This document shows, one piece after another, positions 9,234 to 19,766 of a stretch of DNA of 64,000 nt. Position 1 is the stretch's first letter; the number at the start of each line of letters is the position of its first letter. The position numbers were made by a program, and so were the translations under genes. The DNA lies in assembly GCA_937897635.1 (NCBI GenBank), contig CALCQI010000029.1, positions 15,748-79,747 of the forward strand, read 5' to 3'. The DNA comes from an uncultured Peptococcaceae bacterium (GTDB taxonomy: Bacteria > Bacillota > Dehalobacteriia > UBA4068 > UBA4997). The notes below the pieces were generated by a model that made no database searches, was not told the origin of the DNA, and saw only the letters and a list, made by a program, of their open reading frames with translations.

Positions 9234-11435
9234 TTACATCATAGTTATGGGTTCAACATCTATTGCTACCATAACCTTTTTATTTAGCTGCTTCTCAGCA
9301 ACCAATTGTTCCAGGGCTTTTTTGACATCCTTACGCATTATACCCAAATTACTGCCTTTCAAAACCAGCTGATGCCTGTAACGATCCTTAATTTTTTCCC
9401 GTGGACAAGCAGAAGGCCCCAAAATAACATATTTATCTCCTCTTAAAATTTCCAAAGCCGAAGACAGCCTGCGTTCCGCATCTTCAAGTAAAGTTTTGTC
9501 GGTACTGCTTAAAACCAAACGGATGAAATCACCATAAGGAGGATAACCGAAAAGACTGCGGCGTTCCAGTTCTTCCTCATAAAAATTCTTGTAATCCTGC
9601 CTTACAGCGGCTTTGATCACCGAATGCTCGGGATTATAAGTTTGCACGATCACTCTGCCGGGCTTATGCCTGCCTGAACGCCCGGCTACCTGCGCTATAA
9701 GCTGAAAAGTCCTTTCCCCGCTACGATATTCAGGCAAATTCAAACTCGTATCTGCAGCCACTACCCCAACCAAAGTAAGGTTAGGAAAATCCAAGCCTTT
9801 GGCCACCATTTGAGTACCTACCAAAATATCTGTTTTGCCGTCCAGCATTGCTTTATAAACCGCCTCATAAGCACCTTTTTCAGTAACGCTGTCTCTATCC
9901 ATACGAGCAATTTTAGCTTCGGGTAAAAGTTTTTTGGCGGCAGCAGCAATTTTTTGCGTACCTGCTCCAAAATAACGAATGGCAGAAGAACCACAAACAG
10001 GACAGGTTTGAGGCGGTGTAAGCATCCTGCCGCAGTAATGACATTTTAATTTGCCTTCTTGAGGATGATAAGCCATAGAAACCGAACAATGCGGACATTC
10101 CACCACATAACCACAATGACGACAGGAAACAAAGGTATCAAAACCACGTCTGTTCAAGAATAACAGGCTTTGCTCACTTTGCCGCCAATTCTTTTCAAGC
10201 TCTTTTGCCAATAAGGAACTGAATACAGAATTGTTACCTTCTTTAAGCTCCTGTGCCATATCCACTATTTGGATTTGAGCAAGCTCACGCTCATTTACCC
10301 TGTGCGGCAATTCCACAAGCTTATATTCACCATTTTGGGCTTTATAATAACTTACAAGGTCAGGCGTAGCACTACCCATTATCAAATGAGCACTTGTTAA
10401 TGAACAGCGCTTTAAGGCAGCTATACGGGCGTTAAAACGGGGGTTATTTTCCTGCTTGTAGCTCACTTCGTGCTCCTCATCCATGACAACGAGCCCTAAA
10501 TTCGGCATAGGCGCAAAAATTGCAGAACGTGCCCCAATAACTACAGGGTAACGCCCATCCGCAATAGCCTGCCAAGTTTTGCGTCTTTCCGCAGCAGTAA
10601 GGCCTGAATGCAAAACAGCTATTTTAGTTTTTAGCCTTTGCATAAAAACACTAACTGTTTGCGGAGTTAAAGCAATTTCAGGAACCAGTACAATAACATC
10701 TTGACCTAGGCCGATAGTACGTTCAGCCATTTGCAGGTAAATTTCCGTTTTACCGCTGCCCGTTACGCCCTGCAGCAAGATAGGGCGTTCAGAAGAGTTA
10801 AACTCTGCTTCTATGGCAACTAAAGCACTAATTTGATCCGCATTCAATTGATGCGGTTTTTGAGGTACCACAATGCTTTTTTCTTGCCACCAAACACTTT
10901 CTTTAACTTCTATGTATCCTTTATTTTTTAAGTTTTTTATCTGTGCTGAAGTTGCTCTCACTGCTTTTTGTAATTCCAAAGGCGTTATACCGGGATGTTT
11001 GACCAAATAATCCAAAATAGCCTGAGATTTGGGTGCCTTACGGCCTTCAATAATATACTTTAGCGCATATAATTGTTTTATGGTTGAACCGGCAGGCAAC
11101 CTGCCCGTTAAGGCCATACTCGCAGGCAGCATTGCCTGTACTACCGATACAAAAGTAGTTAAATAATAATCCGCCAAATAGCGTGCCAAAAACAGTAAAT
11201 CATCAGTTAAAACAGGCTTTTCACTCAAAGTACGGATGATATTTTTGATTTTGGCATTATCAAAATCTACTTCATCCACAATATCCACTACCACGCCTTC
11301 CAGCTTTTGTGTGCCGAAAGGCACTTCTGCTATCATGCCTCGTTCAATAGACATGGAAGCGGGAATGCCATAATGGAAAACACGGTCAAGCGCCGCGGCC
11401 TTGCGGTTTACTACAATAGCTGCGTATTTAACCAT
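9234..11435 (-). CDS. priA: Primosomal protein N' (PriA helicase)
   Basis: 733 aa; Walker A GVTGSGKTE, DEEH box, and a Cys-rich zinc-binding insert (CRHCGY..CPHC). Confidence 0.9.
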   Translation of the reverse strand: MVKYAAIVVNRKAAALDRVFHYGIPASMSIERGMIAEVPFGTQKLEGVVVDIVDEVDFDNAKIKNIIRTLSEKPVLTDDLLFLARYLADYYLTTFVSVVQAMLPASMALTGRLPAGSTIKQLYALKYIIEGRKAPKSQAILDYLVKHPGITPLELQKAVRATSAQIKNLKNKGYIEVKESVWWQEKSIVVPQKPHQLNADQISALVAIEAEFNSSERPILLQGVTGSGKTEIYLQMAERTIGLGQDVIVLVPEIALTPQTVSVFMQRLKTKIAVLHSGLTAAERRKTWQAIADGRYPVVIGARSAIFAPMPNLGLVVMDEEHEVSYKQENNPRFNARIAALKRCSLTSAHLIMGSATPDLVSYYKAQNGEYKLVELPHRVNERELAQIQIVDMAQELKEGNNSVFSSLLAKELEKNWRQSEQSLLFLNRRGFDTFVSCRHCGYVVECPHCSVSMAYHPQEGKLKCHYCGRMLTPPQTCPVCGSSAIRYFGAGTQKIAAAAKKLLPEAKIARMDRDSVTEKGAYEAVYKAMLDGKTDILVGTQMVAKGLDFPNLTLVGVVAADTSLNLPEYRSGERTFQLIAQVAGRSGRHKPGRVIVQTYNPEHSVIKAAVRQDYKNFYEEELERRSLFGYPPYGDFIRLVLSSTDKTLLEDAERRLSSALEILRGDKYVILGPSACPREKIKDRYRHQLVLKGSNLGIMRKDVKKALEQLVAEKQLNKKVMVAIDVEPITMM

Positions 11436-11512
11436 TAGGCACTCCCCTTCCTTTTATATTAAAAATACGCCATAATAATAATTATTAATTATAGCATATT
11501 TGTAGCCTTATT

Positions 11513-11881
11513 TCAGCCTTTTGGTCTGCAAAATAAAGCAGCCAAAAAAGAAAATATCAAAGCGGCAGAAATACCCGCACTGGTGATTTCGAAAATACCG
11601 GTTATAATACCTATCAAACCAACGCTATCACCTTCCAGTATAGCCCCCTTAACTAAAGAATTGCCAAAACTTATAATAGGTATACTGGCTCCCGTACCCG
11701 CAAATTCCACAAATTTATCATAAATACCAAAACCACCCAAAACAGTGCCTATGACCACAAAAAGACACATAGTGTGAGCAGGTGTAAGCTTGGCTTTATC
11801 CATTAAAATTTGGCCGGCCACACAAATTAGTCCGCCAACCACAAAAGCAATCAAAACCTGATATACGTTTTCCAACATCAT
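11513..11881 (-). CDS. spoVAEb: Stage V sporulation protein AEb
   Basis: 122 aa membrane protein of the SpoVAC/SpoVAEB family, last gene of a spoVAC-D-E triad. Confidence 0.7.
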   Translation of the reverse strand: MMLENVYQVLIAFVVGGLICVAGQILMDKAKLTPAHTMCLFVVIGTVLGGFGIYDKFVEFAGTGASIPIISFGNSLVKGAILEGDSVGLIGIITGIFEITSAGISAALIFSFLAALFCRPKG

Positions 11882-12891
11882 TCAAGCACCTCCAAAGCCA
11901 CAGCATGAGCAATGCCGGGGATACTTTCATTTTGTTGATAAGTTAAAGGCGACATCAACGCACCCGTAGCTACTAAAAGAGCCTTTTTCAACCTGCCGGC
12001 CAGCATTTCATTATAAATATAACCATAAGCTACCGCCGCCATACATCCGCAGCCACTGCCACCCGCAAAAGGCTTTTGCTCCTCGCTGTAAATCAAAACC
12101 CCGCCATCGCAGATTTTTTCGCTTTCTACCATTAAACCGGCATTATGCAGCAAATCAACAAGTATTTTGCTGCCTACACGCCCTAAATCACCCGTTAATA
12201 TCAAATCATAATAATCTGCTGCCACATCCCTTTCCTTAAAATGATTGATAATGGTTTGGGCGGCAGCGGGAGCCATGGCCGCACCCATATTGAAAGGATC
12301 CTTTAACCCCATATCCTCGATCGCACCAATGGTTACGGCAGTTATTTTGGGACCATTTCCCACATCTTGCACCACAGCACTGCCTGCCGCTGTAACCGTA
12401 AGCTGGCAGGTATCATTCTTCTGTGCTCCATATTCATTGGGGTAGCGGAACTGCTTTTCCGCTGCATTATTATGGCTGGAAGTAGCCGCAAGCACCGTAT
12501 GGGCACCACCGGCAGATACCAGTAAAGACGCCAAAGCTAAGCTTTCCATCGCTGTGGAACAAGCCCCGAAAAGCCCCAAAAACGGAATTTTTAAGCTGCG
12601 TGCAGTAAAGCAAGAGGAACTTAACTGGTTTATCAAATCCCCCGCCAAAAACATATTTACTCCATTAGTATCAAGATTAGCTTTTTTTAAGGCTTCCAAA
12701 CAGGCTTGCTCAAGCAAGCACTGTTCGGCTTTTTCAAAGCTTTCTTTACCCAGCCAAGGCTCTTTATGAATAATATCAAAACATCTGCCCAAGGGCCCTT
12801 CGCTTTCCATATGCCCAACCGCCGTACCTGTAGCCGTAACAACCGGCGGTACCGGGAAAACCCAGGTTTGCCTGCCTTGCAGAATCATCAA
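11878..12891 (-). CDS. spoVAD: Stage V sporulation protein AD (thiolase-fold, DPA-binding)
   Basis: 337 aa; thiolase/KAS-like fold with [10 protein letters not shown]. Overlaps spoVAEb by 4 nt. Confidence 0.85.
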   Translation of the reverse strand: MMILQGRQTWVFPVPPVVTATGTAVGHMESEGPLGRCFDIIHKEPWLGKESFEKAEQCLLEQACLEALKKANLDTNGVNMFLAGDLINQLSSSCFTARSLKIPFLGLFGACSTAMESLALASLLVSAGGAHTVLAATSSHNNAAEKQFRYPNEYGAQKNDTCQLTVTAAGSAVVQDVGNGPKITAVTIGAIEDMGLKDPFNMGAAMAPAAAQTIINHFKERDVAADYYDLILTGDLGRVGSKILVDLLHNAGLMVESEKICDGGVLIYSEEQKPFAGGSGCGCMAAVAYGYIYNEMLAGRLKKALLVATGALMSPLTYQQNESIPGIAHAVALEVLE

Positions 12892-12904
12892 ACATTACCT
12901 CCGA

Positions 12905-13372
12905 TCAAGCTATAAAAGCTAAAATAATATAACGGATAATAGCAACCACAAAAGCTGCAACCACACCAAAAACTATCACAGGCCCCGCTACCTTAAACAT
13001 ATTGCCACCCACACCCAGCACAAAACCTTCACTGCGGTACTCAAGAGCGGCCGAGGCCATGCCATTAGCAAAACCCGTAATAGGAACAGCTGAACCTGCA
13101 CCCGCCCACTGGGATATTTTATCATAAACTCCCATACAGGTAAGGATTATGGCTAAAATTATCATCACAGCTCCTGTGGGGTTTGCGGCATTGGTTTTAC
13201 TAAAATCAAAAAAATAAATAAAACAAAACTGTACTACCTGCGCAAAAGCACAAATAAGGCCGCCTACCAAAAAAGCTTTGCAGCAATTCAAAAAAACTGG
13301 TGGCTTTGGCACCTGTGCCTGTACCAAGCGATTATATTCCAAAGCTTTTTTACTGAGTTGATTTTTTTTCAT
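12905..13372 (-). CDS. spoVAC: Stage V sporulation protein AC
   Basis: 155 aa membrane protein of the SpoVAC/SpoVAEB family. SD GAGGG before the ATG. Confidence 0.8.
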   Translation of the reverse strand: MKKNQLSKKALEYNRLVQAQVPKPPVFLNCCKAFLVGGLICAFAQVVQFCFIYFFDFSKTNAANPTGAVMIILAIILTCMGVYDKISQWAGAGSAVPITGFANGMASAALEYRSEGFVLGVGGNMFKVAGPVIVFGVVAAFVVAIIRYIILAFIA

Positions 13373-13513
13373 ATCGATCCCTCACTTTGCTGAATAAGGT
13401 TATTTTGTGAAATTTTTTTACTAATATGCCACCAAATTTTAACAAAACAAACGTATTTCCAATTAATGCATATAAATTTTTTAGTTTGTTAAAATAAAAA
13501 GGGAGGGATAACA

Positions 13514-14227
13514 ATGCTTTTATTAGTTATACGCACCATTATTTTATATATCATCACCATGATTGCAATGAAGGCAATGGGCAAAAGACAACTCGGACAA
13601 TTACAGCCTTTTGAGCTGGTAGTTATATTGGTCATTTCGGATTTGGCCACTCTTTCCATGCAAAACAGCGGTGTACCGATAGTAAACAGTATTATACCCA
13701 TAGCTACTATAACCGTTTTGCAAATAAGTATAGCTATTATCAATTTAAAAAGTGAAAAAGCGCGTCGTTTTGTTTGCGGTACACCTTCTGTTATTTTAAA
13801 AAACGGGGAAATTTTGGAAGGAGAAATGCGTAAACTGCGCATGAATGTGAACGACCTTTTAGAACAAATGCGTGCCAAAGGCTTCTTTGATATTTCGGAA
13901 ATAGAATATGCGGTAATGGAAACCAACGGCCAATTAAGCATTATGCCACGCGCTGAAAAACGTCCTTTACAGCCTGATGACCTTAACTTAGACCTTGATT
14001 ATGAAAGACCAGCAATAACCCTTATATTGGATGGCAAGGTAAACGAAAAACACCTTCAGGAGGCAGGCCTTGATTTGAATTGGTTGAAAAAGGCTTTGGC
14101 TAAGCATAATATAAAAAATACTGATAAGGTTTTTTTTGCAAGCATAGACGCAAAGGGGCATCTTTTTTGCCAGCTAAAAGCTAAAGACCCCGAAAAAGGC
14201 AGCCCCAAACCAATAAGAGAAGATTAG
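13514..14227 (+). CDS. DUF421 (YetF/YdfS-family) membrane protein
   Basis: 237 aa; N-terminal TM helices followed by a YetF-like soluble domain. SD AAAGGGAGGG 6 nt before the ATG. Confidence 0.65.
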   Translation: MLLLVIRTIILYIITMIAMKAMGKRQLGQLQPFELVVILVISDLATLSMQNSGVPIVNSIIPIATITVLQISIAIINLKSEKARRFVCGTPSVILKNGEILEGEMRKLRMNVNDLLEQMRAKGFFDISEIEYAVMETNGQLSIMPRAEKRPLQPDDLNLDLDYERPAITLILDGKVNEKHLQEAGLDLNWLKKALAKHNIKNTDKVFFASIDAKGHLFCQLKAKDPEKGSPKPIRED

Positions 14228-14252
14228 ATTGCAAAAAAAGGAAGTTGATAAA

Positions 14253-14678
14253 ATGCCGCGTAAAATCCCCAAAAATAAACAGCATAATGGCCAGCTTGTA
14301 CCTGTTTATATAGGTCTTTTTATAACTGTGATAATAATTCTGTTTTTAGGTATTGGTAATTTACTTTTTTTGAGTTTTAGCAGCTCACAAATAGCAGAAC
14401 ACTTTGAAGCATTGGAAATGGCCTTAAAAGATGAAAATTGGCAAGAAGCCAATACTGTATTCAAGGAAACAAATAATCATTGGGACAATCAAAAAGCCTG
14501 GTGGCAAATGACCATAGACCACAAGGATGTGGAAAAGATAGATAACAGCTTTACCGCACTTTATGCAAATATTTTAACCTATAATAGCAAAGCTGCCATC
14601 AAAGAACTTTATATACTGCAATATAATCTTTTGCATATTCCCGAAGTTGAAGCTATCAGCATTACCAATATCCTATAA
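14253..14678 (+). CDS. DUF4363-family protein (commonly paired with DUF421)
   Basis: The ORF runs from 14229, but SD AAGGAAG sits 8 nt before the ATG at 14253. One N-terminal TM segment. Confidence 0.5.
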   Translation: MPRKIPKNKQHNGQLVPVYIGLFITVIIILFLGIGNLLFLSFSSSQIAEHFEALEMALKDENWQEANTVFKETNNHWDNQKAWWQMTIDHKDVEKIDNSFTALYANILTYNSKAAIKELYILQYNLLHIPEVEAISITNIL

Positions 14679-14683
14679 TAAAA

Positions 14684-14706
14684 AATACCGATCAAAGATC
14701 GGTATT
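14684..14706. terminator. Bidirectional intrinsic terminator
   Basis: AATACCGATC-AAA-GATCGGTATT perfect 10-bp stem, U-rich on both flanks. Lies between the convergent DUF4363 gene and glmM. Confidence 0.6.
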
Positions 14707-14806
14707 TGCATATTTGGGTTATAAACTGATAAAAGCAAAGATCTACAAAAGGCATAACAAATCTTTTTTATAGCCAAAAATAAATTCAAATTAAACATGG
14801 CTGATT

Positions 14807-16147
14807 TTAACCTAGGTTTTTATAAATGATTCGGGAAATCCCCTCAACTATTTCATGCAATTCCTCTTCATTCGGCCCTTCCGCCATCACCCTTAACAAA
14901 GGCTCCGTGCCTGAAGGACGTACAAGTATCCTGCCTTCTTCACCAAGCTTGTCTGCACCTGCGTGAATGGCTTCCATAATTTGAGCATTGCTATCCCAAT
15001 CTACTTTGGTTTTTACACGCACATTTTTCATTACCTGGGGCAGGTGCTGCATTTGTGCAGCCAAATCCGAAAGCACTACTCCTTCCTTTTGCAAAACTGT
15101 TAAAAGATACAATGCCGTTACCAAACCATCACCTGTGGTGTTGATATTGCTGAAAATGATATGCCCGGATTGTTCGCCGCCAAGCACAGCACCTGTTTCC
15201 AGCATTTTTTCCAGTACATAGCGGTCGCCCACTTTTGTGCTTAACACCTGTATGCCCGCTTTTTCCATGGCTATTTTAAGCCCCATATTGCTCATTATGG
15301 TAACTACAAGCTTATTTTCAAACAACTCACCGTTTTTCTTAAGATGGTTTGCACAAATGACCATGGTTTTATCGCCATCAAGCAAAACACCTTTTTCGTC
15401 AACTGCCATCAAACGGTCGGCATCACCGTCGAAAGCCAAACCGATATCCGCCTTATGATAAACCACGGCACGAGATAAGCTTTCAGTATGAGTACTGCCA
15501 CAATCGGCATTTATATTCAAGCCGTTAGGCGCGCAGTTTATACTGATAACATCCGCACCCAGTTTTTTAAATATCCCAGGCGCTATTAAGCTGGCAGCAC
15601 CATTAGCACCATCCACAACTATTTTCAAACCGCTTAAATCAGAACCTATTTGCTCTACCAGATACTCAGCATAAATTTCGGCAGCATTGGGCATCCTGCT
15701 TACAATACCCACATTCCTACCCGTTACCCTGTTGATTTCACCCTGCTTCAAAATCAATTCCTCTATTTCATCTTCCACAGCGTCGGGCAGTTTATAACCG
15801 TTACTGCCAAAAAATTTAATACCATTATCCTCCGCAGGATTATGAGATGCGGAAATAACTATGCCGGCAACGGCATCTTCTTTTTTGGTAAGGTAAGCCA
15901 CCCCCGGTGTGGGAATAACACCCAAAAGCACGGTTTCCAAGCCTGCGGCGCAAATACCTGCGGCAATAGCCGATTCTAACATAGTACCCGAAATACGGGT
16001 ATCCCTTCCCACCAAAATTTTATTACCGCCCTGGTTTTTTTTATTGAGCACATAAGCTCCCTTAAAACCAAGCTGAAAAGCCAATTCAGGAGTAAGTTCT
16101 ATATTAGCTACTCCTCTTACACCATCTGTACCAAATAAATTACCCAT
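14807..16147 (-). CDS. glmM: Phosphoglucosamine mutase
   Basis: 446 aa; active-site SASHNPAEDNGIKF and Mg motif GDGDADR. Confidence 0.9.
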   Translation of the reverse strand: MGNLFGTDGVRGVANIELTPELAFQLGFKGAYVLNKKNQGGNKILVGRDTRISGTMLESAIAAGICAAGLETVLLGVIPTPGVAYLTKKEDAVAGIVISASHNPAEDNGIKFFGSNGYKLPDAVEDEIEELILKQGEINRVTGRNVGIVSRMPNAAEIYAEYLVEQIGSDLSGLKIVVDGANGAASLIAPGIFKKLGADVISINCAPNGLNINADCGSTHTESLSRAVVYHKADIGLAFDGDADRLMAVDEKGVLLDGDKTMVICANHLKKNGELFENKLVVTIMSNMGLKIAMEKAGIQVLSTKVGDRYVLEKMLETGAVLGGEQSGHIIFSNINTTGDGLVTALYLLTVLQKEGVVLSDLAAQMQHLPQVMKNVRVKTKVDWDSNAQIMEAIHAGADKLGEEGRILVRPSGTEPLLRVMAEGPNEEELHEIVEGISRIIYKNLG

Positions 16148-16175
16148 ATTTCTCCCTCCGGCATTTGCCGCATTA

Positions 16176-17399
16176 TTATTTATTATTTATCTGCAAATTC
16201 ACAGTTTGCGGCTCAATTTTCATAGAGCTTATACCTGAAGGCATATCACCGTTAAGATATATATTATAGCTGCCCGGTTTTAAACCATCAACATCCGCCT
16301 CTATATTTATTTGATTGGCCTGCAATTCATCAACAATTGATTCAGGTCCCTTAACCTTTACCTTTGCTACATTTTGTTCTAATTTATAATTATAATCATC
16401 ATTTTGATTTTCAACGGAAATAAGGATATTCTCCAGCGTACGTTCCGTGATTTTTTCTATTTTCACCAAAACGTTGATTTTCTGGTTGAGCGATAATTCA
16501 ACACCTTCCGTATTGACCAGATCTACTTTAACGCTTATATCCCCTTTGGCTTTGGCAATATTTATAGGCGCTGTATAAACATAGGATATTTCGTCGAGTT
16601 TGGCTTGGTCACCGTAAACACCTACAAGATCAGGGCTTATTATAACCCTTGTAACCATATAGCCATCTGAAGGTTCACCTGAAATAGAGGCACTTATAGG
16701 CGCAAGCTTATAAGCAGATTCTGTAACAATGGGAATAAGCACCTCCACTGTAGACGGTTCCACGGTAAGCCAGCTGTTAAGGTTGTTACCGCTTGCATCA
16801 CGCACATAAACAGGTAAATTTTCCGCATAATTGCTGGTCAATCCCGCAATCGCCGCATTTATATAAACACTATCTATAGCTTCTACCTTGCTTTTGGGGC
16901 CAGAGATAATAACCTGGCTTGGATTAAGTACCGCATCCAAATACTGGTAACCCTCAGCAGGTTTTTCCGTACTGTAAAAAACATCAACCGATTTTTGTAC
17001 TTCTATAAGCTGTTCCAATTCAACCGCAACCTCCACGGGATAAACTGAAACTATCGTTACTTTATTTGGCTTTTCTGTTTGTACCTTAGCCATGTTTTGG
17101 CCTATAGAAGCATTTTGTAAATCCACATAAACATTTATATCCCTGGTCAACAAATCATTCACAACATCACGTTCACCCTGAACCCTTACTCTTATAATAG
17201 AAGGTTTTTCACTTACCGCTGTATTGTCAGGTATATTGTGAAAACCAAGCGGTACGTCCAAAACTCTTTCTATATTGGTATTTTGGGCCGCATTAACATA
17301 AAACCACATAACCAAAGCCAAAATCAAGGCAAAAATTCGTAAAGTCCATTTGTTTTTTAAAAAATCCTTATTTATAAAAAGCTTTTTATTCATCTCCAT
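16176..17399 (-). CDS. cdaR: YbbR-domain regulator of diadenylate cyclase
   Basis: 407 aa; N-terminal TM segment plus repeated YbbR-like beta domains. Conserved position between cdaA and glmM. Confidence 0.75.
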   Translation of the reverse strand: MEMNKKLFINKDFLKNKWTLRIFALILALVMWFYVNAAQNTNIERVLDVPLGFHNIPDNTAVSEKPSIIRVRVQGERDVVNDLLTRDINVYVDLQNASIGQNMAKVQTEKPNKVTIVSVYPVEVAVELEQLIEVQKSVDVFYSTEKPAEGYQYLDAVLNPSQVIISGPKSKVEAIDSVYINAAIAGLTSNYAENLPVYVRDASGNNLNSWLTVEPSTVEVLIPIVTESAYKLAPISASISGEPSDGYMVTRVIISPDLVGVYGDQAKLDEISYVYTAPINIAKAKGDISVKVDLVNTEGVELSLNQKINVLVKIEKITERTLENILISVENQNDDYNYKLEQNVAKVKVKGPESIVDELQANQINIEADVDGLKPGSYNIYLNGDMPSGISSMKIEPQTVNLQINNK

Positions 17400-18213
17400 T
17401 CCTCCTTTGCCAAAAACGAGGATTGGAAGCTACCATATTTAAAAAGTTATCTTCCAAAACTTTCTTCAAACCTTTTTCATCCAAAGAACGGATAAGCTTT
17501 CCATCCTTGGATACAGAAATACTGCCTGTTTCCTCTGAAACAACTACAATAATAGCATCCGAAACCTCTGAAAGGCCTATAGCTGCACGGTGTCTGGTAC
17601 CCAAAGCCATGCTTATATAGGGGTTATCGGTAAGCGGTAAAAAGCAGGCTGCGGCCACAACTCTGTTCCCCCGTATAATAGCCGCTCCATCATGCAAGGG
17701 TGTTTTATTAACAAAGATATTCACTAAAAATTCCTCAGAAACCAAGGCATCCAATTGAATACCTGTTTCAATATAATTGTTCAAGCCGGTTTCATTTTCA
17801 ATGACCATCAGCATACCTGTACGGGTTCTGGCACCTGATGTAGAAGCTTTAACCACTGCATCTATGGTACGCCCCATATCCACCTCGGGCGCTACGAATA
17901 AAGACCGCGAAAAAAAGCCGCCCCTGCCTATTTGCTCCAAGGCACGGCGCAATTCAGGCTGGAATATTACAGCTAAAGCCACAAAAATCACCGCCCATAA
18001 TTGGCTAAGTATCCATTGAATTGTTTTGAAACCCAAAAAATCAGCTATGGTAGCGGCAATAAACAGTATTATAATACCTTTGATAAGCTGTACCGCGCGG
18101 GTACCTCTTATAATAAGCAAAAGACGGTATATAACATAAGCTACTATAACTATATCCAATACATTTATCAATATAGACCAAACACCCGAATATTGAAAAA
18201 ACTGGCTGAACAA
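17386..18213 (-). CDS. cdaA: Diadenylate cyclase CdaA (DAC domain, 3 TM)
   Basis: 275 aa; DAC motifs DGAIII/RHRAA. TTG start with SD AAGGGGGTG at 5-nt spacing. Confidence 0.85.
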   Translation of the reverse strand: MFSQFFQYSGVWSILINVLDIVIVAYVIYRLLLIIRGTRAVQLIKGIIILFIAATIADFLGFKTIQWILSQLWAVIFVALAVIFQPELRRALEQIGRGGFFSRSLFVAPEVDMGRTIDAVVKASTSGARTRTGMLMVIENETGLNNYIETGIQLDALVSEEFLVNIFVNKTPLHDGAAIIRGNRVVAAACFLPLTDNPYISMALGTRHRAAIGLSEVSDAIIVVVSEETGSISVSKDGKLIRSLDEKGLKKVLEDNFLNMVASNPRFWQRRNGDE

Positions 18214-18518
18214 ACAGGCACCCCCTTAAAATGCTTTAACAAACACCCCTTTGGAAAATTTAATTAAATATAAAACTATAAAACCTTTTTTAAATTAAGG
18301 ATTTTTTTTATATTTCGACGGCATGAAACACAATTCCTGTTTTGATATTCCTTTATTTAACTATTTTTCAGAAATAAAACTGCTGGAAAAAGAACCTGTA
18401 ATATAGTATAATATATTAATGCACATAAACAGTTTGTCCTTAAAATTATTATTATAAACAAACTTTTTTAATGCAATAATTTATAGTTTTCATCTGTATT
18501 TATGTAGAGGTGCATAAA

Positions 18519-19340
18519 ATGGCAAAAAATTCCAGGATTATTAAAGTTTATATATCTATTTCCGTTATTTGCCTTATTCTGGGGGCTTTGCTTACTATGT
18601 CCATTCACGCAAACAACAGCAGTGAGACAACTGCAAATACAGAACAGCAAAAAAATGCCACTTTGATAGAGCTTATAGATAATTTGGAACAAGAAAGCGC
18701 GGATTTGGAAACAAAAGTTGAAGAGATCCGTGCCTATATAGCTACTGCCAGTGAAGAACACGGTACAAACCCGGAAATGGTGGCAAGGCTACAAAAAGAA
18801 CTGGAAATCCTAAAATTTTTGGCTGACCAAACAGAAGTTACAGGTGAAGGCATAGCCATAACCCTTGATGACAATGTAGCAGGTGCTGAAGCTGCCAAAG
18901 GTACGCTTTCCAAAGAAGATTATTTCCCTGAAAACTATATAGTACACGATAGCGACTTACGTTATTTATTAAACGGTGTGGCTTACCTTGCCGAGGCAAT
19001 TTCTATCAATAATCAGCGCCTGGTAAATACCAGTGATATTCGCTGTGTAGGTACTGTTATCATGGTAAACTCCACCCGTCTTGCTCCTCCTTATGAAATA
19101 AAACTAATTGGACCTTCCAATTTACTGGAAGCAGCCCTTTTAGCTTCCGACCAATACATTTACCTAAAAAACAAGGACATGCCACTTAAAATAAGTAAAA
19201 GTGAAAACCTTGTTTTACCCGCTTATACCAGCACTATTTCAACTACTGTATTAAAGTCTGCAGAAACCCATATCCCAAAAACAGAGAATCTGCAAACAAC
19301 GGCTGACCATAAAAATACAGGCACTGCTTCTGATCAGTAA
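18519..19340 (+). CDS. DUF881 (YlxW/YlxX-like) division-associated protein
   Basis: N-terminal TM, coiled coil, DUF881 C-terminus. SD AGAGG 8 nt before the ATG at 18519 (the ORF track starts at a GTG at 18510). Confidence 0.65.
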   Translation: MAKNSRIIKVYISISVICLILGALLTMSIHANNSSETTANTEQQKNATLIELIDNLEQESADLETKVEEIRAYIATASEEHGTNPEMVARLQKELEILKFLADQTEVTGEGIAITLDDNVAGAEAAKGTLSKEDYFPENYIVHDSDLRYLLNGVAYLAEAISINNQRLVNTSDIRCVGTVIMVNSTRLAPPYEIKLIGPSNLLEAALLASDQYIYLKNKDMPLKISKSENLVLPAYTSTISTTVLKSAETHIPKTENLQTTADHKNTGTASDQ

Positions 19341-19358
19341 GCACAAGGAGTGAGCATA

Positions 19359-19766
19359 ATGAAACTTAAATTAATTTGGATGCCTTTGGTATGCCTTATA
19401 TTGGGAGCTCTTATAGGCTCTATACTCACCTTTAGCGTACCTGTTCTTTACGCCAAATATTTATCTATTGCGGTACTGGCAGCCCTTGACTCTTTGCTTG
19501 GCGGTATCCGCGCTATTTTAGAACATTCTTTTGATGGAACTATCATGCTTTCAGGCTTTTTTACCAATGCCTTGCTGGCCGCTGCTTTAGCCTTCCTGGG
19601 GGATCAAATAGGTGTGGATCTATATCTTGCGGCAGTTTTTGCCTTTGGTTTACGCTTATTCAACAACCTTGGTTATATACGCCGCTATATAGTAAACAAT
19701 ATCCGCAAAAACAGAATTGCCAAAAAACAACTTAAAAAGCAGGGTTTAAACGATGAAATCCAATAG
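19359..19766 (+). CDS. sbp: Small basic membrane protein (Sbp/DUF1290-like)
   Basis: About 135 aa, hydrophobic with a basic C-terminus. SD AAGGAG 8 nt before the ATG at 19359. Sits between two DUF881 genes. Confidence 0.5.
   Translation: MKLKLIWMPLVCLILGALIGSILTFSVPVLYAKYLSIAVLAALDSLLGGIRAILEHSFDGTIMLSGFFTNALLAAALAFLGDQIGVDLYLAAVFAFGLRLFNNLGYIRRYIVNNIRKNRIAKKQLKKQGLNDEIQ

Noticed and set aside
13373-13513. Possible forespore sigma-G/F-type promoter (CATATTA -10-like element) upstream of spoVAC
   Set aside because: I could not find a convincing -35 (GHATR) at the right spacing; too weak to annotate.
13489-13941. 150-aa minus-strand ORF
   Set aside because: Overlaps the well-supported + strand DUF421 gene, which has a strong SD; no RBS of its own.
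18214-18518. AT-rich 300-nt divergent region between cdaA and the DUF881 gene, examined for a riboswitch or sRNA
   Set aside because: No conserved riboswitch motif was recognisable; it contains only -10-like AT-rich hexamers.
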